Source of the DNA: Rhizophagus irregularis
Lineage: Eukaryota
Reading direction: 5' to 3'
Length of the DNA: 64,000 nt
Assembly: GCF_026210795.1 (NCBI RefSeq)
Contig: NC_089432.1
Coordinates: 4,774,001 to 4,838,000 of the forward strand
The notes beneath the pieces are model-generated. The model saw only the letters and a list, made by a program, of their open reading frames with translations. It had not been told where the DNA came from and did not search any database. Both the position numbers and the translations under genes were made by a program. Below are positions 1-12,581 of the stretch, piece after piece. Position 1 is the first letter of the stretch, and every line of letters begins with the position of its first letter.

Positions 1-936
1 ATTATTATCATAATCTAAAGTATGTTGGATATGTCGAGATTTAGGAGAAGACGTCTGAACGGTCACAGTTTGATTGATTGAATCATCATCTTCAAAAAGT
101 TCGAGTAACTCTTTTCGATTTTCAACATTGTCCGTCTCTTGATCAGAATTTTCTTGACCAGCTAAGACTTTTTGATCAGCTGCTGGTGGTACATTGAAAT
201 GACTAGAACTTTCTCGTTTAAGAGTTTCAACATTCTCCGCTTTTTTAACATTCGCACTAGGGTTATGATCTTCATCATCGTCTTTATCAGAAACACCGAC
301 TGAAACATAATCTCCAGTATTTGTAGAATTATTTTTTATATCATCGGACTCAATGATGATTTTATCGTTATCAATGGAAATATCAGTTTCTTCTTTATTG
401 TGTTCTTTATCATCCGAACCCCCTGTATTAGAAGTATGAGTTTGCTTATTATAATCTAAAGTATCTTCTCGTTGTTGTTCAGTATATTGAGATTTTGGAA
501 GAGAAGTTTGAATGGTCTCACTAGATACATCATCATCATCATTTATATCTTTTCGGTCTTCAATAATTTCCGTTTTTTTGTCTGATTCTTCTTGGTCAAT
601 TAAAACTTTTTGATATAAGTTCTCATCAATACGACTTGTACTAGTATGTTCATAATCATCATCTGATGATGGGAACACTTCTTGTTTACCCGTCTCAATA
701 TTTTCGATTTCTTTTTCGACTTGGTTATAAATTAAATTGGAGGTAATATTTTGTTCCTCGTTACTGGAAATGCCGACTGATAAATTATCATGAACATCAT
801 CAATTGACTCATCGGACTTATCGATTATTTTATCGTTACCAACAACATTTTCTGTTGTATCAGAACTCGAAGCTTGCTCTTCCTCATTATTTGATGTGGA
901 ATCATTCTCATTTTCAATATTTGTATCTTGTCCCAT
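1..936 (-). CDS. Acidic, low-complexity (D/E/N/S/T-rich) hypothetical protein, 3'-truncated by the window edge
   Basis: Manual translation from ATG at 936-934 (MGQDTNIENENDSTSNNEEEQASS...) stays open for 312 codons to position 1. It is preceded by a possible 3' splice site (TAG, 940-938). It is absent from the ORF track, presumably because no stop lies inside the window. Confidence 0.8.
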   Translation of the reverse strand, partial: MGQDTNIENENDSTSNNEEEQASSSDTTENVVGNDKIIDKSDESIDDVHDNLSVGISSNEEQNITSNLIYNQVEKEIENIETGKQEVFPSSDDDYEHTSTSRIDENLYQKVLIDQEESDKKTEIIEDRKDINDDDDVSSETIQTSLPKSQYTEQQREDTLDYNKQTHTSNTGGSDDKEHNKEETDISIDNDKIIIESDDIKNNSTNTGDYVSVGVSDKDDDEDHNPSANVKKAENVETLKRESSSHFNVPPAADQKVLAGQENSDQETDNVENRKELLELFEDDDSINQTVTVQTSSPKSRHIQHTLDYDNN

Positions 937-1935
937 GCTAAAAAATTTAATTTGTCAGTAATAAATAAAAAGAAAAAAAAATATAATAATAAAATAAAAT
1001 AAAAATCGTTAATAAAGAAAAAAAGCTATTAAAAAAAAATCGTCAGTTAAAAAAAAATATTTCTTTTTGACATAAAATTAGAAAAGAAAAGACTAGCAAA
1101 AACAAGTAAAAAAAAAATGATTTTTTTTTTTTTGAGAAATAAAACAGAGTATAAACCAAAAATGAGTTTTTAAAGAAAGAATAGAAAGAATAGTGCAGCT
1201 TGTGTAACCGGAATTCCGGAAAAACTACCTGATTGAATTAATCATCACAATACAGCGGTATCAGCAAATCAATCCTAGAGATATAAAGAATATAAATGAA
1301 AAAAAAAGAAAAATCCCTAATACCAGGAATAAACTAAAACTTTACCCTATTATTACGAAATTGAAATACGGTAATAAAAACTATAATAATAATAATAATA
1401 ATGATGAATGTGTAAATGTGAATAAAACAATAATTATAAATTATTAAATTTTCCACTTTTAACGTTATTGACATACAAAACTTTCGATACAATGTCTGAA
1501 AACTTTATTTTTTTCTTCCTTTTTTTGCTCCTTTTTTTTATCTTTTTTTACAATAAACGAGAAAACGAAAAGAATACGAATACCTATCAAAATATATGAC
1601 AAATCTTAAAAGTATTATTATTTTTTCTTTGAAGGATTGTATGGAATATTCGATTATACCCGATTAAATTATCAAATTATGAAAATTTCTACCATTTTCC
1701 GTTATTGTAAATGTAAAATGCATAAATTCTTTTAAAATGTTTTGCCTAGAAAAAAAATATTTTTTTATATAATTGTTTATGCAATAAAGCAAATTATGCA
1801 AGTTTGTACATTATCATTAATACAATATGTTATATAAAACCCACAACAAATGAACGGTTATAAAGGGTAAATCAGTACGAGAAGATAATAGAACGGAAAT
1901 TGACGAACTATGGAAGAAGCACAGGAAAATAAACA

Positions 1936-2325
1936 TCAATCGAGATAATGAACTAGTCCGTCGGCGAGTTGCACAGATTGCTGCTCTTGATTTGATAATA
2001 CAATAACTACTTGATTGTTATAAGTTATTTCGTAGCTGTAATACCAAAGTATCAAGTAATAACCAAGTGGTTGAAAACATGCTTGAGGTAGGATAAGGTT
2101 CCTGGTCGTATCTCTGACAACAATCCCAGGTGGGATTGCTATATTATTAGACGGGTTGTTGGTGTCAGTAAAATAAATTCGTGCGTTGGGAGAATAAATT
2201 GTTTCTATTCGTAGAACTACGTTCCCTCCTAGGTCAAAACAATAAATACTTTGGTTGCTAGGTAAGTACGAAAATGAATCGGCAAACTTCATATTGTCGT
2301 CTGTTTCTATCTTTTTATGGTACAT
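1936..2325 (-). CDS. Hypothetical 129-aa intronless protein
   Basis: Clean ORF with balanced amino-acid composition and higher GC than its flanks. TATAAAAA lies about 45-50 nt upstream on the minus strand (plus tttttata near 2369-2376). No family recognised. Confidence 0.6.
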   Translation of the reverse strand: MYHKKIETDDNMKFADSFSYLPSNQSIYCFDLGGNVVLRIETIYSPNARIYFTDTNNPSNNIAIPPGIVVRDTTRNLILPQACFQPLGYYLILWYYSYEITYNNQVVIVLSNQEQQSVQLADGLVHYLD

Positions 2326-2699
2326 AAAGAAGAAGAAAAATGATGCGCGAAGTTTATTTTTTTTTCACTTTTTATAGGTAATAGAGATCTAACTGACAGT
2401 CATTTTCCATCCGTCATTTGAATATTATTATAAATCTCACCTTTAATATTTGAGAACAGAAATTAACAAGAATATGAAACTTTGACAATATCGAGAAACT
2501 TTTAAAGAGTAATATTGAGAAGATGTTTACTAGTTATCAGTTAACCTTGTGGCTTATTATCAAACTATTTGCGATTTAAATGTCATCTGAGCAGTGATCA
2601 TCAGCTCAGAAGTCGGAAGGCATTACACAAATTTCTGCGCAATGTTGAAAATTACCCGACATTTCACTTTTTATCACCTGAGCATCTATAAAATTAAAA

Positions 2700-3007
2700 A
2701 GCACCACGGATTCATAGATGCTTCTACATGTAATGGTGGTGATGACGAACTTGCCTCGCTTAACCTCCTAACGCTTTCATTGTGTTCTTGTCCAAATGAC
2801 AATTCTAGCAAATGAAAATAAATATGTTATTAATAATGAAAAGTTTTCATGACAATCCTCGCCAGTGAAATTAGAATTTCCTATTTGTTTATCTTCTTAG
2901 CGATATCGCTCCAAAAAAAGTCATTTCTTTTTATTTGGAGTAGCATGATACTCAGAATTTCTTTGTGGAGATGAACGCCAGTAGCCAGTCCACTTGACAG
3001 AAGACAT
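2700..3007 (-). pseudogene. Degenerate small Myb/SANT-like (trihelix) protein gene
   Basis: From ATG at 3007: MSSVKWT...RNSEYHATPNKKK*(L)FWSDIAKKINK...NFTGEDCHENF. The W...FW..IA.KIN....FTG..C spacing fits trihelix Myb/SANT-like domains. The frame is broken by stops and frameshifts. Confidence 0.45.
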
Positions 3008-4467
3008 GGTATACAACTATGCGTATATAAAATTAAGAGAAACTGTAATTTTTTAAATTTTAAATTATCATAATTTAACAGGTAACCTTGCTTTAATTTT
3101 TCGATGAGAAAGCACAAAATAATCCATATTTTTGAAATAAGTTATTAGAATTTGCAATGATTAACTTTTATGAACACTTTAGTATAGAGTAAATTTTACT
3201 TTTTTGGATTTTGTATAATATCATACAACAATGCATACACATGTTAGAAATCATGAGTATAGTTAAACAGTAATCTAGAATTATAGTAAAAAAACTTTAT
3301 CACAATACTTTATATTTAAGAAATACATACTTGTTTATAAAGGAGAAAATAACAAAATTGCCCAATTTTTAATAGTTAAATTCTCTACTTTTTATGCGGA
3401 TCACGAATTTACAATTTTTGGAATATAAGTCGGACGGAAAGCTGAAATCATATTTGATTATAGATAGTAAATTCATTTATAATTCAGTTAGAACTTAGAA
3501 AGAAACTAAATTTTGTGACTAATAGTTCGTGTAACAATTGGCAATTAAGAATTCGTTTATACTTATATATAATTACTTGTAGGGCCAAATACATAGAAGG
3601 ATCCGTTTGATATATTTTTTTTTAATAGAACCTGTTTAATATTTTTTTGAATAATATTTTTTTAATAGGATCCATTTTGATAGCTTTTTTTTGATAACTG
3701 AAAGTACATATAGAAAAACGAACAACTACACGAATTTTTGATAAGCTATCTTTAAGATTTAAATTGACTAGTACGAGTTTTGACGGCATTTGAACTGTTA
3801 CGTTAATGACATCTTGTGCATTGGTGGGTACATTGGGTACATACTACATACTATTTTGATATCTCAAAAGCTATAGTTTTTGTTGTTATTTCTAACACGT
3901 AATAATATGTGTGTCACTTGGATGACGTCACGTAATTATTATATAAAGTATTATTGATGTAATGTCTATGTTAATGTTTCGTTCTTACTGATAAGTGATA
4001 ATCGAAATTTTGCATCACCATAATAAAATTTGCATTAGATTTAATGATATCACAGTATATAGAGCAATATAAATTTTAACGATAATAAATAATGCAAGTA
4101 AAAATGATGTGGAATTTACTAAATTCGTCATATACCGTATTTACATTATTTGCATTAGAGCTTAGATTCAAGTCAGACTAGTATGATTATATATTTGTTT
4201 CAAATAATAAGCGTATAACGAACTCTATTTCTTATATGGTTGTCAAATTAAGAAATTCTATTAAATTAAATTACATAATTTGTAAATTTTCTGAGGTAAA
4301 ACTCAATTAAGTCAACTCGGTAGTGTCTGTTCGGAACCGAGAGTCGTCCCCATTCCTAGCCGTTGTGTGTCAACTTCAAATGTTAATTTTATTGTATTTT
4401 TAGGAACAAGAACTTCTTATATAGTTTTGTGATACAATCGAAAAATTTTATTTATTAATATGTATAT

Positions 4468-4818
4468 GACTAGTTTTCTCCCCATGTGATTTAACCCAGG
4501 TGACATCACCTATGTAAAATTAAATCATGTGAATCTGGTATGTATGTATATTACATTACTCATAAAAAAAATAGTAGATTAGTTAGGGTTAGGGTTAGAG
4601 TTAGGGATTTAGGGATTTAGAGATTTAGGGTTAGGGATTAGCATTAGGGTTAGGATTATGGTTAGGGGACTAGGATTAGGGTACGGTTTGGTTCGCTGGA
4701 GTTGTTAATTTGATGATGTCATTTTAAAGGTTGAAATTTACAGTAATAAAAGTTATAAATTTTAATTTTTAGTACAGGTGACGTCACCTAGGTGACATCT
4801 CCCAGAGAGAAAGTTAGC
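4468..4818. mobile_element. Degenerate MITE-like element with imperfect terminal inverted repeats around a telomere-like tract
   Basis: Left end ctagttttctc...acccaggtgacatcacctat matches the reverse complement of the right end ctaactttctc...acctaggtgacgtcacctgt. Confidence 0.5.
4579..4682 (+). repeat. Interstitial degenerate TTAGGG telomere-like repeats
   Basis: ttagggttagggttagagttagggatttagggatttagagatttagggttagggattagcattagggttagg... over about 100 bp. Confidence 0.85.
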
Positions 4819-5814
4819 AAAATTCTATTAATATAACAAGTTAAGACAATAATTAAAATAGAATAACTATATTAACCGAATTAAAAATAAGTCATTCTCT
4901 AGTACGTTAATGTTCAGAGTAAGATCATTTCATTTCAATTAAAAAGTTATCTTTACATTAAATTGATAATTCGATCTTAGTTCTTTTTTCTTTTGAAATC
5001 TTTTCTAATTAATTAAATAATAATATATAAAGCCAGCTAGATTAAAGATGGTTTGGGTTATATTTTTTTTTTACAACATTCTTTCAATTCACGTTTAATT
5101 ATACGAACGAATTCCATAAATACCACCTTCTAAAAAAGTACACCCATATAAGGTTAATCACCTAAGCGCCTTTTAAGTATTTTATGCGGATTTTTTCTCC
5201 GAATATTGTCGCATAACGTCACTATTTTCGGTAAAATTTAAAATTTAATAATTTTTACAACGTCCTTCTGAATTTGAAGTAAATATACTTTAATATTGAC
5301 GACGAGCTTAAATTATTAATCTTACAGTATCTTCTTTAATTTCGCCACGCTTTCTATCATAATAAGTCTTTGCAAAAACCTTATTTGCTTAAAAAGCAAG
5401 CGGTGCACGTTTTAGGATACGTAATAAAAACATAAGCAAGAAGAAAAAGCATTCTCATCATACAAGTATAGCTATATGTCTTCTCGTATACTTAGTCAGT
5501 GGATTTTTAATTTAAATAAGGTATCTTTAACCGTAACTTGTTTAGCGTTTTCAAAACATCCAAATGAAATAATAAATGAAATGACTCTATTTAAAATAGT
5601 AAATATACCATTACTCGTTTTCATAAGTCACGTATAACTGAAAGAATATTCTGGCTAGATATCTACATATCAAGAATTTTATTATTGGTGATGCCGCAGT
5701 ACTACAGCAGGCACAATTCTTTCGTTTTGAAAATATTTTTTTTTTTTACTAAATACTTTTTTCTCTCATTTTTAAGATGTAATGTATGTTCTTACCGCTT
5801 ACCGCTGTAGAACT

Positions 5815-6620
5815 ATGGTAAGCGCCCATTTTTCATTTCGGAATATTTTTTCTTTAATTCATTAACTTTTTTAAAAAATTTTAGGCTCGGGAGGTCTTGG
5901 TTCAGCAGCTGTGATGATTCTATTTTTTTATTTATTTATTTATTTTTTTTAATAAAACTAGAAGGTATAATTGAAAATTTTCTATTTTAATTGTAATAGT
6001 CTCAAGATTTCATAGGTTGTATATTGAGTATTAAATAATTTTTTTTTTTTTTACGATATCTTTAATTTTTTAACAGCATTTCACAGTACACCATATGATT
6101 TTGAAATAGTAAGTAATTATTAAATTTATAACAATAATATATTTAATATATTTTTTAAAATTAATTGGTTGATAATTTTTTTTTTTTTAGTCGAAGATTT
6201 TAATAAATCAAGTAGTCAGAATTTTAAAAGTATTATAATTTTATTCGTAATACGTGAAAATTTTTTTTTTTTGTAGTTGAAATAGACAAACGAATAACAA
6301 ATTTTTAATAATTTTAGGTAGCTCCAAAATATTTAATAAGCTTCAAAAAATGGTATGTATGATCGTTATTCATCAGTTACAAAAATTTTATTAATTATGA
6401 ATAATTTTTTTTTTCAGATGTCCAAATTAACGAAGAAATAATACTACAGGTACAACAAAATATAAGAAGCGTCATTTTGATATGATTTGTAAGTAAAATA
6501 ATTATTTTTACAAAACAAAAATTATTTTTTATTTACTTGTTGTAGATAAGATGCATCATCGGTCACTTTGTTTTGTATGTACTTTATTTTCCCGTCCACG
6601 CAATACTACTCCTTTATGAC
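5815..6620 (+). other. Possible multi-microexon gene or its remnant
   Basis: ATG|GTAAGC at 5815-5823, then a regular series of T-rich tracts ending in AG and GTAAGT/GTATGT donors. First exons read MAREVLVQQL. I could not assemble a continuous frame. Confidence 0.3.
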
Positions 6621-7072
6621 TTCAACGGCTTCCTTTGGCGCAATATTATTTATTTCAAAGGCATTTTGGTCGTGACTTCTACTCTGAATCTAAAATACGT
6701 TTGATACTTATTGAAAATTTAAAAATTTATATTTTAATCCATTTTATAACATTAATATGTAATTTATTCGTTATCTTTTAAGTTTACACTTCAAAAAATT
6801 AACACAACCAGAGAGAAAGCTTACAATTTTTTGACCCCCATGTTTTTTGTTGCACCCATCAAACATTATTAAAATATCACGCACATCAATGGAAAACTGA
6901 AAAAAAGACTAATTAGTAAGAAAAATCACCTCCAAGAATTGAACTTGGACACAAAAATTGTGGAACCAACGGTGATGGATAATGTTGAGTTAATAAGTTA
7001 TTAAGGAAAGAACTCAACAAAGGAATGAAATAAAGGGTATCACATGTGAAGAATGAAATCACATGAGATAGA

Positions 7073-7296
7073 TCAAATGATCAAGAAAGGTAAATTTTAC
7101 AAGACAAAGGATCTCTCTGACACCAATTAGTATTGGGCGATGCAAACGATCCCCTTGTAAAATTTATCTATCTAAGAATGGTCAAATGATCAAAAAAGGG
7201 TAAATTTTTATAAGACAAAGGATCTCTCTGACACCAATTAGTATTGGGCGATGCAAACGATCCCCTTATAAAAATTATCTATCTAAGAATGGCCAA
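7073..7296. repeat. Tandem duplication (2 x ~110 bp) of a long hairpin-forming unit
   Basis: The core gacaaaggatctctctgacaccaattagtattgggcgatgcaaacgatcccctt is identical in both copies (7103, 7214), and each copy is flanked by inverted arms. Confidence 0.9.
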
Positions 7297-7423
7297 GTAT
7301 TCCCGAGTTGACCAAAGGGTAAAAGATTACGTCTCCATGCTATATTTGGTAAGCAATGGACCTAGCTACGTAATATAAGATTATTGAGAAAGAAAAAAAG
7401 AAAAGAAAAAGATAGTAACTAAG

Positions 7424-7918
7424 CTATTGGGAAATTATATTATTTAATAAATAGGTTAATTTATAAAGCAAAGAATAAAAAAAGTGGAGAATATAAATTA
7501 TGCAATTAAGCAAAAAAAGAAGATGAAGAAGAATTGATGATAAGGTAGATAATATATAAAGAGTAAATGATAATAATATATATAGCAAAAAATTTTTAAA
7601 AGCGTAAAATAAATTATAGAGATATGAAGGAAGAGAAGGGAGATGTTTAAGAATGGAAAAGAGTATAATAATTATGTATTTCAATGAAATAAAAAATAAA
7701 ACAATTATATGATTGAGGAGATTGGTATTTATGAGAAGGATTATAAAAAGAATGTAAAAAAGTAATGGAAGTAATGATAGATGTTGAAATAATGATGGAT
7801 GTTGAAGAGTTTCAATTTGTTGAAGAGTTTCGATTTGTTGAGGAAGGTTATAGCATTTATTGATTGGTATTTCATTGAAAACAGTAGAGATAATATTTGC
7901 ACACAATTGATAAGACAT
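7424..7918 (-). CDS. Hydrophobic Leu/Ile/Phe/Tyr-rich hypothetical protein, possibly membrane-associated
   Basis: 164-codon ORF with a gaaaATG context and a TATA-like run (about 8038-8048) upstream. It could also reflect low-complexity strand skew. Confidence 0.4.
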   Translation of the reverse strand: MSYQLCANIISTVFNEIPINKCYNLPQQIETLQQIETLQHPSLFQHLSLLPLLFYILFIILLINTNLLNHIIVLFFISLKYIIIILFSILKHLPSLPSYLYNLFYAFKNFLLYILLSFTLYILSTLSSILLHLLFLLNCIIYILHFFYSLLYKLTYLLNNIISQ

Positions 7919-10449
7919 TTTCAGTTGATATAGAAGATTAATATTTGAGAAAAATAATATTTGTGATTTGAAAAATAATACTTGAAAGTTTGAAAAATAA
8001 TATTTGAAATTTGAATTTTTTCTTGAGAAAGTGAGGGTATATATATACTTGTAAAAACATTTGATAGCTCATAAAAAAAATAAAGATTATCATGTATGAG
8101 TCACATTTGTTTCAATATGATTTACCCCCTATAAATCAGTAGCACTGATGTATTCACTTATACATAAGCTTTATATAATGTAAAACTATATAATATTTTG
8201 CAGTAAAAAATCGCATATTATGTATTTGGTTATTGTATTGTAGATTTATATTTATAAAGATGAGTCACATTTGTCACATCAATTGATTCATAAGCTAATT
8301 GATCTGAAACTTGTACTGTAATATGAATCTTAACAGTAAGTTTTTTCTAAAATATCATAATCAAAAATAATAAAATTAAAAGTAAATTAATATTGGTAAA
8401 GGATAGATATTGCTATATTTACTATATATTTTTGCTTTGGACATTTACTGTAGCTACAAGTAATTTTGAGCGATGTAATTATCACCGCATAAGCTTTTCC
8501 AGCAATTAGATATAATGACACAGATTTATACATTACAGATAATAGAGGTATCATAATAAGTGTTACATACTTGGGAATGTATTATTTGACCGTGACATAG
8601 CTTATAGCATCAGTTAAATGGATAAACTATATACTGTACATTATTTAATGTCGGATATTGATTATTTTTTAATAGCCTAGACAATAATAATATTATAGGT
8701 ATTATAGTATGTGGGCAATATCACATGGATTAATTGATGATCGGCTATAAATTTTTACTGATTTGGCCAACCATGTAAGTCAAACTTTTTATTATTACAG
8801 GTATAGTCAAAATAAACAAATATACGTTGTTGTAAATTGCAATTTCTGAAATGTTATTGATGTTGTATCTCATTATAGCTTTATAGCTTTATCAAAATTT
8901 CTTCAGAAATGTAAGATTGACATAGCAACAACTAAAAAAATTAATAAACGATGAACTTCATTAATAAAATCATACTGTATTTTCAATAACGAGACTGTTT
9001 TTTATAATATTAAAATTTTTTCATGAACAATTTGATTGAAAAAATTAGTAGATATCGTCATATTACATGAAACAACTGAGATATCATGTGAAGATCAGTT
9101 ACATCTGTGATTTATATTATAGATTTTATGTTCGCCAAAAAGATGAAATAGTATCCGCAATTATCATATTTTGATAAAAAACAAAGATCATTATCTTTAA
9201 CTTTGAACTTCGAAGAACAGAACTCGTATTAGCGTTAGATTTAAATATGTATAAAATATAATTATCATCTATTTTATACCCAAATTTCCGTTTTATATAA
9301 TATAACTGAAAATTTTCATTTAATTCTATAATATTCTTGTTCCCTATAACCAGGATTCAAATCACATCCTTCCAGCTGTTGAAAATGACCAATCATCTAT
9401 TCATCCACAAGCTTGTAATACTTCTCGATTACTTGATTCATTTACAAAAGATCTTAAAGATCTTCCAAAATCTAGCCGTAGTACCGCAGTACCGCAATTA
9501 TTTCGTGCACAGTATGTACAATGACGTCATCATAAGAATTTTTTTAAGCCACATTATAAAATATATTTTATTATTTGATGCCAATAAACTTAGTTTTTAT
9601 ATTATATTTTAACAATTAGTACTTCCGATTTTTGATATAGTTAAATCATAAATATACATATTAAAAGTTGGATAAATGTTGATAATTCATTCTTTTATTT
9701 ATTTTGTTTTGTTACCCTATCTATCCACTTCACTTATCACTATTTATATTTGGGTCCACTATTTATATTTGGGTCCTCTATTTTACTATTTAGCTCTTAA
9801 AAACTTTAATAAAGATACTAAAATATATAAGAATCATTGATTTAAGTTGGCCGAATTTTCTGAACATTATTGCAAATAATATGGTACATAATTATTAAAA
9901 GCGATATAATATCAGTTTTTTAAAAAATTATGCGTGAGTAATATTTAAGTAAATAAATTACAATTCTTCTAAGAAACAAGCATCAAATTTTAAGATTTAT
10001 CATTATGCAGGTCAGGCCAGGCTTCACCAAATGAATATTCAGAAACCACGCAAAGGCGAAGAATTTTTCTAAAATAGATTTATTTTCCCAGTTATTCTTA
10101 AATATCCAGTTGATTTTCTAATATCACTAATGTCGATTCCATTACTACTTTGCTGATATCCTACGATTTACTGTAAGTACACTATATTAGCACCACAAAA
10201 GACGTATCCCAAATTCCCAATTGTAATTGGAAAATATATCCTATGGTAGCTGAAGAAAAACATACCTTCAAAAACTCTAAACGTTATTAACTCAAATTCA
10301 ATGGTTTCCTCTTTTTTTGATTTTTCAAAAGAACTTTAACACATAATTTGGTTTAATTTATTATTAATCTATTAAAGGATGATCTTTGTCATGCACTGAA
10401 ATACTGCATACTATAATAAGAGAAATTTTTTATTCCATATTTAAGTTAC

Positions 10450-10818
10450 AGCTATAATGTACTTTCCGCTGCGGATAATGGATTATATTAAATAAATATG
10501 AAGAAGAAATTATTGAAGTATTTACATGTTATTTGGAGGATTCAATTTGATGACGACGAAGAACGACGTATTTATGAAACTGATTTAGCTTATTTGCACG
10601 AAATAAATAAGGTATCTTAAAATTCTATTTATTTGTTCATTTATTAATAATTTTAATTTTTTAATTTACTATTATATTTAAAGACAAAGGTGTTAGAAGA
10701 ATCACGCAATAAACCAAAAGGTTATCTATGGTTAAAGAAAATTCGGTCAAATTTCAATTTGTTGGAAAAAATGAAAGATGGTATTACAAACAATTATAAT
10801 TACGGTAAATCATTCTAA
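10450..10818 (+). pseudogene. Degenerate two-exon coding remnant, possibly a transposase C-terminus
   Basis: ...FDDDEERRIYETDLAYLHEINK|intron|TKVLEESRNKPKGYLWLKKIRSNFNLLEKMKDGITNNYNYGKSF*, with a frameshifted upstream part. Confidence 0.35.
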
Positions 10819-10843
10819 TATTAGAACTAAAGGATTCTGAAGT

Positions 10844-10866
10844 GCGGCGACTTTGTCGCCGCTAGT
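10844..10866 (+). mobile_element. Helitron-like 3' terminus (GC hairpin plus CTAG-T)
   Basis: Perfect 8-bp GC stem gcggcgac-ttt-gtcgccgc running into CTAG followed by T. Confidence 0.45.
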
Positions 10867-12530
10867 AGTAATTATTTTTTGTATTATCTAAATTTATGGA
10901 TGGTAAGATTATGGTGTGATGGTGTATTCTTTTTTGTTTATAAACTATTTACCTAAAATGAACTTGTGATATTATAATTGATTACTATTATTAAAGTAAA
11001 TATAGTAGATAATTGGAAATTTATGATATGTTTTTCTATTTATGAGTAATAAAAAAAATGTGTAAGTTGATTTTTTTAGAAATAGTTAAAGAACATTTTT
11101 TTAGCTATTTAATATATTTTCATAGAATAAAGGAATAGCATTCAAATTTTAATATATTATAGAGTACTTTTTAAATTATGGTCATAATGATTTAATAAAT
11201 AAGAAATTCAATTTGTTGTAATATTATGCATAAGAATGTTTTATAAATGTATTTAGTGCTTTTATATAAATATATATTTTTATTTATTTATTTATTTTTA
11301 ATTTATTATGATCTATAAATTTTTTATTATTTAATTACTACATATTTTGGTTTAAATAAAATGGTCTAATTATATGCTTGTAATGGTCTGGAAAATGGCA
11401 AAGGTTCAGATGCTTTTACTTCCAATCTTTAATATTCCTTAATCATAAATTTCATAATAAAAAAAAATGATTTATCCTAGAAGTGGAATAACTTACCAAT
11501 CTTCTGCAATTCTATTAATAAAAAAGATAATTAGCCAATAATTATTTGTAATTAAACAATAATCAGATAACTATTGTTGTTTATGATGATTAATGATAAT
11601 TATGGAAATTGAACAATAGGTACAATAGATGTTCTTCAAAAAATTATTTAATAAATATTTCACTTAACTGATTTGTCGCAGTATTATCCATCTGATGATC
11701 TTTCTATTTCAAGTTAGTGGAGTTTAGTTTTTCCGAATTTGGTCATACCATTTTTAGTATTTTTTTTTAAAAAAAATAAAAAAAAAAAAATTTATAATAA
11801 TTATTATTTAATTATTATCACTAATAAATAATAATTATTAGAAAAAAATATAGTGAATCTATAGGTATATAAGCATTCCTCCTAAATCTTAATTAATTAA
11901 TTAATAATTATATAAATAAATGTATATATTTTTATAATTATAAAATTGAAGTAGAAATCAATATAGAAATTTATATAAGAATTTAAAAAAATATCATTTT
12001 GTTTGATCATAAAATATAATAAACTAATTTGCAAAAAGTTAATAAATAACATATAAATTACAGTATTAAAATAGTATTTTTAATTTAAAAGTATTTTTTT
12101 TATAATCATAATAATAAAAGTATAGTAGGAAATAAAAAATGATTAAAAAATTATAACTTACTATAGAATATCACTAGAAATTTTACTATCCAAATTTAGC
12201 TTAATTTTCCCAAAATTGATTATACTATTTTAGTATTGGTGAAGTCATATTTATGACAACACATTTGTTTTTTAAATTAATTAATTAATTAATAATTAAT
12301 AATTAATAATCAATAATTACGAAAAAATATGATTGTTTTAATTGTATTTTTTTTTATAATATTTATATTTACTAAAAATAATTACTAATTACTAATAAAT
12401 TATTAATCATTATTTTTAAACAAATAGTTAAACAAATAGTAAAATCTACACATATATAAACAACCGTTGTTCGCAAAAAAAAAAAAAAATCGCAAAACAG
12501 ATTTATAAAACATAAAACATATTATAAAAC

Positions 12531-12581
12531 AGATATAGAAATCGATATAGAAATCGATATAGAAATCAATATAGAAATCAA
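12531..12581. repeat. 12-bp minisatellite (GATATAGAAATC) x4
   Basis: Direct reading of the sequence. Confidence 0.85.

Noticed and set aside
4579..4682. True telomere or chromosome end
   Set aside because: The tract is short, degenerate and flanked by ordinary sequence on both sides.
7110..7152. SECIS element or hammerhead ribozyme in the duplicated hairpin
   Set aside because: The upper helix is too short and lacks the apical AA of a SECIS, and there is no CUGANGA/GAAA hammerhead core on either strand.
8330..9100. Fragmentary minus-strand coding-like DNA (similar patches at 11330-11900, 40680-41040 and 41990-42120)
   Set aside because: Too degenerate to assign a frame or family.
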